Part shown: positions 8,252-13,436 of the stretch, in pieces
How positions within the stretch are numbered: the first letter of the stretch is position 1
Layout of the letters: the number at the start of each line of letters is the position of its first letter
Program-made: the position numbers and the translations under genes
Assembly: GCA_038131935.1 (NCBI GenBank)
Contig: JAYPQH010000040.1
Location: 1 to 13,436 of the forward strand
Direction of reading: 5' to 3'
Source: Alphaproteobacteria bacterium
Lineage (GTDB): Bacteria > Pseudomonadota > Alphaproteobacteria > UBA8317
Length of the DNA stretch: 13,436 nt
Notes under the pieces: generated by a model
Told to the model about the DNA's origin: nothing
Seen by the model: the letters and a program-made list of their open reading frames with translations, nothing else
Database searches by the model: none

Positions 8252-9988
8252 TTAGCTTGATTTTGTATACTTTTCAGGAAGTTCTAACCATTTGCGTTCT
8301 GCTTCGTCCCAGCTCGATAATGCTTGCCAATCAGGCACCCAAGCAAGCCCCGTCTTGCTATCTGATGAGATCGCGGTTGGGCTTGTCACAACATCGATCA
8401 ATACAGGATGTCCTGATCTGAGTGCTGTGAATGCTGCATTAAGAACATCATCAATGTCTTCTTCGTTTTCTACACGCCATGCTTTCAATCCAAAGCCTCG
8501 GGCCATGGCTGCGTAATCAGCAGCTTGAAGCTGGGTCCCCACAACTTTGCCAAAACGTTCGAGTTGATCACGGACTTCAATAGCCCAAGAGCCATTGTTG
8601 CTGACAACGATCATGATAGGGACTTTATGTCGTGCCGCGGTGTCAATTTCCATAGCAGAAAACCCGAAAGCCCCATCACCTGTTACAGCTATGACCTCTC
8701 TATTGGGTGCAGCCTTCGCCGCACCTATGGCAAATGGTGTCGCCAGGCCGATACATCCCAAAGGCCCAGGATCAAGATAAGTTGTTGCGGGTAGTGCAAT
8801 GCGCGAAAAACTCAGGAAATCACCACCATCAGCAATAATAATCGCCTCTGGATCCATTTTTTGACGTATTGCTCCGAGTAATCGATTGGGATGGATACGA
8901 CCTTGATCATCGCTTGGCGCGGTTAACAAATTTTGACTCAATTTGTTGCTGCGCTCATGGTGCTTTGCCCGCATGGTTTCGAGCCAAGATCGCTTTCTAA
9001 GCTTAGAATCTAGCCGCTGTGCGAGTGCATCAAGGCTAAAGCCAACATGGCCAAGTACGCTCACATCTCCCAATCTATTATCTATGAGTTCTTGGGCCAC
9101 ATCAGAAATACGTAGGAAATTGGCATCGCCAAAAATAGCTTTCGCACCATAAGCCAACTGAAAATCTAACTTTCTTCCAATAGTAATAACCAGATCAGCC
9201 TCTTGCATGGCTGCGCCACGCACCGCACCGATATAAGAAGGGTGGCTTTCAGCAATAAGCCCTTTTGTTTCTCCAGTATCAAGATAGCCAGCAGCGGAAG
9301 CTTGCAGAAATCTCTCTAGAGGCTGAGCGTAGCCTAGAGCTCCGCGGCCTGAAATAACCACAGGTTTTTCAGATTTTTTGATCAATTGAGCGGCGGCATC
9401 CAGTGCATCATCCATGGCGCGCGATTGTGGTTTTGGTCTACCTGTGATTTGTTCCACCATAAATAGGTTGCGTGGCAACATTTCTCTTTGGACATCAACA
9501 GGAAAATCTAAAAAACTTGGGCCCGGCTCACAACCTACACCAAGTGCTGCAGTTATCGCGTTATCCAATTCTCTTGGCAGTGCTGTGGCATGACGGACGG
9601 TCCGTGCAACCCTTGTGATTGAGCTTACCAAAGCAACATGGCTCATATCTTGGAGGGCACCACGGTTTTCTTGGGGGCGTGGTGGTGTGCCTGAGAGTAC
9701 AAGAACAGGAACGCGGCTTATATGCGCATTGGCAATGCCGGTCATGGCATTGGTGACACCAGGCCCAGCGGTCACCAGCGCGACGCCAAAATTCCCCCCC
9801 ACAGCCGCATGGGCATGCGCCATATAGATAGCAGCGCGTTCGTCTCGGACGTCCACAATTTCAATGCCCTGGGCGTCAAGTGCCATCCAAATGGGCATAA
9901 TATGACCACCACAAAGTGCGAAAACACGCTCTATGCCGCGGGCTTTTAAAACTGAAGCAATAAGATGTGCGCCTGTATGATCTTGCAT
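8252..9988 (-). CDS. ThDP-dependent enzyme, probable 2-hydroxyacyl-CoA lyase of the actinobacterial AcHACL (2-hydroxyisobutyryl-CoA lyase) type
   Basis: 578 aa. General ThDP motifs: VRDE (cofactor-activating Glu), TAGPGVTN and GDG...NN. Subfamily-like motifs (compared from memory with AcHACL): GGHIxPIW, IHPNR, ADGGDxLSF, ELIDNRxG, NNxxWxIE and the C-terminal SxDSxxGLxxVPDxQALxxWxxAE. The ThDP-enzyme call is near certain; the HACL subtype is less so. Confidence 0.8.
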   Translation of the reverse strand: MQDHTGAHLIASVLKARGIERVFALCGGHIMPIWMALDAQGIEIVDVRDERAAIYMAHAHAAVGGNFGVALVTAGPGVTNAMTGIANAHISRVPVLVLSGTPPRPQENRGALQDMSHVALVSSITRVARTVRHATALPRELDNAITAALGVGCEPGPSFLDFPVDVQREMLPRNLFMVEQITGRPKPQSRAMDDALDAAAQLIKKSEKPVVISGRGALGYAQPLERFLQASAAGYLDTGETKGLIAESHPSYIGAVRGAAMQEADLVITIGRKLDFQLAYGAKAIFGDANFLRISDVAQELIDNRLGDVSVLGHVGFSLDALAQRLDSKLRKRSWLETMRAKHHERSNKLSQNLLTAPSDDQGRIHPNRLLGAIRQKMDPEAIIIADGGDFLSFSRIALPATTYLDPGPLGCIGLATPFAIGAAKAAPNREVIAVTGDGAFGFSAMEIDTAARHKVPIMIVVSNNGSWAIEVRDQLERFGKVVGTQLQAADYAAMARGFGLKAWRVENEEDIDDVLNAAFTALRSGHPVLIDVVTSPTAISSDSKTGLAWVPDWQALSSWDEAERKWLELPEKYTKSS

Positions 9989-11574
9989 TATATCTTCTCC
10001 TCAATAAGGGTGTTTTTAAGGTGCCTTTGGCGCAGTACGCGGTGAAGAATTTTTCCTGTGGCCGTTCGTGGCATGTTTTCTTCTTTAATGATGGAAACAG
10101 AGCGAGGACGCTTATATCCTGCTATCTTCCCTACACACCAATGCACCAATTCAATTTCGGTGATGTTAACATTGGGGCAAAGCACAACAATAGCGTGCAC
10201 AGCTTCACCCCATAGCGTATGTGGTATGCCAATGATGGCGACATCTTGAACGGCCTCATGTTGTGCCAAAATAGCCTCAATTTCTGAAGGGTAGATGTTC
10301 TCTCCACCAGAAATAATCATATTGTTTTTCCGGTCTACGAGCTTAATAAAACCATCTTTGTCACGAATGGCCATATCACCAACACTACACCAGCCCCCAC
10401 GAAAGGCAGCAGCGGTCTTGTCGGGTAAATTCCAATAACCAGAAAATGTGTAAGGTGTACGTGAGTACAACTCACCTGGGCACCCATCAGGGACCTCATT
10501 TCCGTGATCATCAATCAATTTTATTGCTGCAGATCCGATACATTCCCTTCCAACAGTTCCAAGATGTTTAAATTGTTCGTCTGGATGCAGCATGGTCACC
10601 CAACCTGCTTCAGATGAACCATAAAGCTCAAAAAGACCCGCTTTGGGAAACATGCGCATAATATCTCGTTTGGTTTCTGCACGCGCCGGCGCAGAAGATA
10701 TCATAAGTTTTGTGACGCATTCCAATCTGCTGGTGTTGCGCTGATGGTCTGGTAAGGAGAGCATCATGATATATTGAGTTGGTACCATTGATGTGAAGCT
10801 GCATTGATATTGGCCCATAACCTCCAAAAGTTCTTGGGGGTCGAAATGGCGGCGCGCGTAGATTGTAATAGCTGCACCTGCATAGGCGAAAGCACAAAAG
10901 AAGTTTAATGAATTCGCATGGCATAATGGCATTACCAAAAGAGCGTGATCATTTTTGCCGATGGACAACTCAACATCAGTGGTTAAGGCCAACATGGCCA
11001 TACCATGGTGATCACGAATGACACCTTTAGGGGCACCCGTTGTCCCAGAAGTATACATGATCGTCCAAGGGTCTTGAGGTTCTGCAGAGGGTAGAAAATC
11101 GCGTTTGACGGCTGTCTCTATCAGTTTTTCATATGACAACCAATGAGCGGGTGGTGTTCCACCAAAATAAATAAAATGATCGTTTAAAATGCTTAAATCG
11201 TCTCTTATGGCGTCAAGCTGTTCATGTAATCCTTCCTGGGCCAACAATGCAGAAGCATCGCAATCTTTAAGTATATAGAGTATTTCTTGTGGTGAAAGCC
11301 GGAAGTTTATAGGTACGACCACAATCCCAGATTTGGCTGCAGCAACATAAATTTCTAGCCATTCAAGACAGTTCCACGCAAGTACGCCAACCCTATCACC
11401 CTTATGTAAACCAAGGTCTTGAAAAGATTGTGCCAGTCTCTCGGAACGTTCGCTCCATTGTATGTAGGTAAGGGTTCGGTTGATATCTCTGACAGCAATT
11501 TTATGGGGGCTAACGCGCACAAAGCTATCAAGTACTTCATGAAGCAAAAGGGGGCTGTTCTGTTGCAAGGTCAT
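9988..11574 (-). CDS. AMP-forming acyl-CoA synthetase (class I adenylate-forming CoA ligase)
   Basis: 528 aa. Motifs YTSGTTGAPKG, PLCH, YGSSE, SVGD, DRKNNMIISGGENIYP and PRTATGKI. Its stop overlaps the ThDP-enzyme start (TAATG, 9990-9986), with GAGGAG upstream inside the ligase gene. Confidence 0.95.
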   Translation of the reverse strand: MTLQQNSPLLLHEVLDSFVRVSPHKIAVRDINRTLTYIQWSERSERLAQSFQDLGLHKGDRVGVLAWNCLEWLEIYVAAAKSGIVVVPINFRLSPQEILYILKDCDASALLAQEGLHEQLDAIRDDLSILNDHFIYFGGTPPAHWLSYEKLIETAVKRDFLPSAEPQDPWTIMYTSGTTGAPKGVIRDHHGMAMLALTTDVELSIGKNDHALLVMPLCHANSLNFFCAFAYAGAAITIYARRHFDPQELLEVMGQYQCSFTSMVPTQYIMMLSLPDHQRNTSRLECVTKLMISSAPARAETKRDIMRMFPKAGLFELYGSSEAGWVTMLHPDEQFKHLGTVGRECIGSAAIKLIDDHGNEVPDGCPGELYSRTPYTFSGYWNLPDKTAAAFRGGWCSVGDMAIRDKDGFIKLVDRKNNMIISGGENIYPSEIEAILAQHEAVQDVAIIGIPHTLWGEAVHAIVVLCPNVNITEIELVHWCVGKIAGYKRPRSVSIIKEENMPRTATGKILHRVLRQRHLKNTLIEEKI

Positions 11575-11600
11575 ATCTATAACTCAGTAAACATCAATAA

Positions 11601-11633
11601 ATGAATACTGAATTCAGAATTCATAAAAGTCAA
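11601..11633 (-). promoter_or_regulatory. Sigma70-type promoter of the ligase-lyase operon overlapped by a 24-bp palindromic operator
   Basis: On the minus strand, TTGACT (11633-11628) is followed by 17 nt and then CAGTAT (11610-11605). The palindrome ATGAATACTGAATTCAGAATTCAT (11601-11624) has a single mismatched pair and covers the spacer and the -10 element. Confidence 0.7.
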
Positions 11634-11677
11634 CAAAAACCAAATGAGCTGTTAATTTGTACTTATCTTAAGATTAT

Positions 11678-12355
11678 TCATGAAGATTGCTGTGCCAAAG
11701 CTTCAAGCAGAGCTTTCTTTGCACCGATGATATGATCACCAACCAAGGCTATGACTTGGTCTTTATGACCCGAAACCAATAGATCCAAAATATCTCTATG
11801 TTGTGACCATACGATGGATGCCCGATTTGCGTGTAGCAACACAGAAACCATAACCCTGCGTAAATAGGTCCAATGTGTGTCAGCGGCGGTCGCTATCAAA
11901 GGATTACCGGACATATCATACAAAAAGGTATGAAAACGAACATCTTGTTTTACAGCTTCAACAGCATCAATATCACGAGATCTCTCACCCTCGTGAAGAA
12001 TGACATTGCCTTTGGTTTGTAAGATATCTGCAAAATGAGGGGTTTCCGCCACACGTTGTACGATAAGTTTAGCTGCAAGCTGATCAAGTACCAATCGGAT
12101 GTCGTAATGTTGGCTGATACGTAAAGGGTCAAGGGGGGCTACGTAAAGGCCGCGTGCACCATGCTCAACAACCAATCCATCAGTTTTGAGAAGCAACATG
12201 GCTTGTTGCACAGGCTGACGTGATACGCCCAAGGTAGCCGCAAGTTCTTCTTGTACAAGATGTTTTCCAGGTTCAAGCCGACAATCGCAGATGCTATCGC
12301 GGATCATTTGGTATACCAACTGAGTTCTGCTGGGGTTATGAGCAATAGGTTTCAC
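11678..12355 (-). CDS. GntR-family transcriptional regulator (FadR/FCD C-terminal domain)
   Basis: 225 aa with a GTG start and GAGG upstream. The wHTH reads LEPGKHLVQEELAATLGVSRQPVQQA...GLV. FCD motifs are DVRFH...SGNP and QHRDI...H. Confidence 0.93.
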   Translation of the reverse strand: MKPIAHNPSRTQLVYQMIRDSICDCRLEPGKHLVQEELAATLGVSRQPVQQAMLLLKTDGLVVEHGARGLYVAPLDPLRISQHYDIRLVLDQLAAKLIVQRVAETPHFADILQTKGNVILHEGERSRDIDAVEAVKQDVRFHTFLYDMSGNPLIATAADTHWTYLRRVMVSVLLHANRASIVWSQHRDILDLLVSGHKDQVIALVGDHIIGAKKALLEALAQQSS

Positions 12356-12652
12356 GTTTAATGACGCCTCGATTGAAAAAGTCCTTAGTAAGGTCTTACG
12401 CGTTTCTTGGTGCAGATCTCAAGTCATCAATGGGTTCTGTTGTATTTTGTGGGATCAAAAAAACTTTTCCAAGACAAGAAACCTGTTAGCTTTGTTCATC
12501 CTAACGATAAAATCATGCTGCTCTTGTCGTTGATGTTGTTAAGGTTTTGCCATTTGGTTCGGCCACACCTTGTCTCCTATGCTTAGTTATGTGCATGTGA
12601 GGTGTCATCATGGACAAAAGAGAATAACCTCAATCGGAAAAGGAAGTGTCAG

Positions 12653-13078
12653 TTGGAACTTAATTTAGAAAAAGCACAAGCTATCATCGCACATGCTCTT
12701 GAATGGCGCCGTTCTCATAATCTTAACCCATTAACGGTATCTGTCCTTGACGCCAGTGGGGTTTTGATGGCGCTCGCTAAAGAAGACGGTGCCAGTAATT
12801 TTCGTCCAGAAATTGCCCAAGGAAAGGCACGCGGCGCCATAGGTATGGGTATAGGGTCACGCGCTTTGTTTACCCGCGCGCAGGAACAGCCATATTTCAT
12901 TCAGGCAATGAACTCCATTGCAAATGGTTCCTTGGTTCCGGTGCCAGGTGGTGTTTTGATCAAATCAGATGGGGTTATATTGGGAGCCGTTGGCATTACC
13001 GGTGATACATCTGACAATGATGAAGCATGTGCCATCGCTGCTATTGAAGCTATTGGTTTTGTCGCAGATCCTGGCTGA
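12653..13078 (+). CDS. GlcG/HbpS-family (heme-binding, DUF336-type) protein
   Basis: Motifs VSVLDASG, IAQGKA, GGVLI and GAVGITG..SDNDE.CA. The likely start is TTG 12653 (MELNLEKAQAII) 6 nt after AGGAAG at 12641-12646, rather than GTG 12602. Confidence 0.9.
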   Translation: MELNLEKAQAIIAHALEWRRSHNLNPLTVSVLDASGVLMALAKEDGASNFRPEIAQGKARGAIGMGIGSRALFTRAQEQPYFIQAMNSIANGSLVPVPGGVLIKSDGVILGAVGITGDTSDNDEACAIAAIEAIGFVADPG

Positions 13079-13095
13079 GAATATGATCATCGACA

Positions 13096-13122
13096 CTTAT
13101 CCGCCCTATTCAGGCGGATAAG
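13096..13122. terminator. Hairpin between convergent genes, probable (bidirectional) terminator
   Basis: Perfect 10-bp stem CTTATCCGCC / GGCGGATAAG with a 7-nt loop, in the 63-bp gap between two stop codons. The U-tracts are weak. Confidence 0.65.
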
Positions 13123-13141
13123 ATCTTATTGAGAAGACTGG

Positions 13142-13436
13142 TCATGGCGCTGTTTGCGCAAAGGCCAATGACTTGTTTTTATACATGACATCATTTGTAA
13201 CTTCTTTGCCAAACCATTTTGGTGGTTGAAAATTATGTGCTGATGCTACATCCGTGAACTCAACTTCAACAAGCATAAGTGGGGCCAGGTTACCTTTAAA
13301 CTCATCCAGGACAAAGACTGTACCGCATGGTAAACATCCTTGGTACCTAGTCTTTAAAAGTTGTTGGTTGGAGGTAGCAGGCCAAATTACCTCGAATTGT
13401 TCCACAGTTATTTGTGTTTCATATTCATCTCTGACC
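13142..13436 (-). CDS. CYTH-domain protein (class IV adenylate cyclase / triphosphate tunnel metalloenzyme family), C-terminal part; starts beyond the window end
   Basis: The frame is open to the window edge (VRDEYETQITVEQFEVIW...). Motifs KTRY, LDEF.G.L..L..VEVEF and F.PP.WFGKEVT.D..YKN.SLA. Confidence 0.9.
   Translation of the reverse strand, partial: VRDEYETQITVEQFEVIWPATSNQQLLKTRYQGCLPCGTVFVLDEFKGNLAPLMLVEVEFTDVASAHNFQPPKWFGKEVTNDVMYKNKSLAFAQTAP

Noticed and set aside
8252-9988. Annotation as biosynthetic acetolactate synthase, oxalyl-CoA decarboxylase or sulfoacetaldehyde acetyltransferase
   Set aside because: There is no ilvH/ilvN/ilvC, frc or pta/taurine context. The IlvB-type PGG and GQV motifs are absent, and the coupling to a CoA ligase plus the C-terminal lid fit the AcHACL type better.
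13096-13109. Resemblance of CTTATCCGCCCTAT to the enterobacterial REP core
   Set aside because: It is a single copy without the rest of the REP or a RAYT gene, and is adequately explained as a terminator hairpin.
1-13436. CRISPR arrays, tRNA/rRNA genes, IS elements, phage or defence genes
   Set aside because: No repeat-spacer periodicity, RNA-gene signatures or transposase, integrase or nuclease ORFs were seen; the remaining short ORFs in the track overlap well-supported genes.

Overview
A 13.4-kb bacterial catabolic region; gene content and protein style suggest a moderate-GC (probably marine) alphaproteobacterium, which is inference only. Left to right: the 5' part of an SDR oxidoreductase (minus strand, runs off the window); a ~560-bp AT-rich divergent intergenic region; a five-gene Dpp/Opp/Nik-family ABC importer whose substrate-binding gene and first ATPase gene carry clustered small frameshifts (most likely read errors); and a PrpF-family isomerase. 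A convergent minus-strand block follows: GntR(FCD) regulator, then a promoter with a 24-bp palindromic operator, an acyl-CoA ligase, a ThDP enzyme and a CxxC peroxiredoxin-like protein. The window ends with a divergent GlcG/HbpS-family gene, a hairpin and the 3' part of a CYTH-domain gene. The main observation is that the ThDP enzyme does not look like an ordinary acetolactate synthase. It carries the motifs I recall for the actinobacterial-type 2-hydroxyacyl-CoA lyase (2-hydroxyisobutyryl-CoA lyase, AcHACL) and is translationally coupled to a CoA ligase. This suggests a regulated ligase + lyase route that cleaves an unidentified 2-hydroxy acid to a carbonyl compound plus formyl-CoA. No RNA genes, CRISPR arrays or mobile elements were seen.
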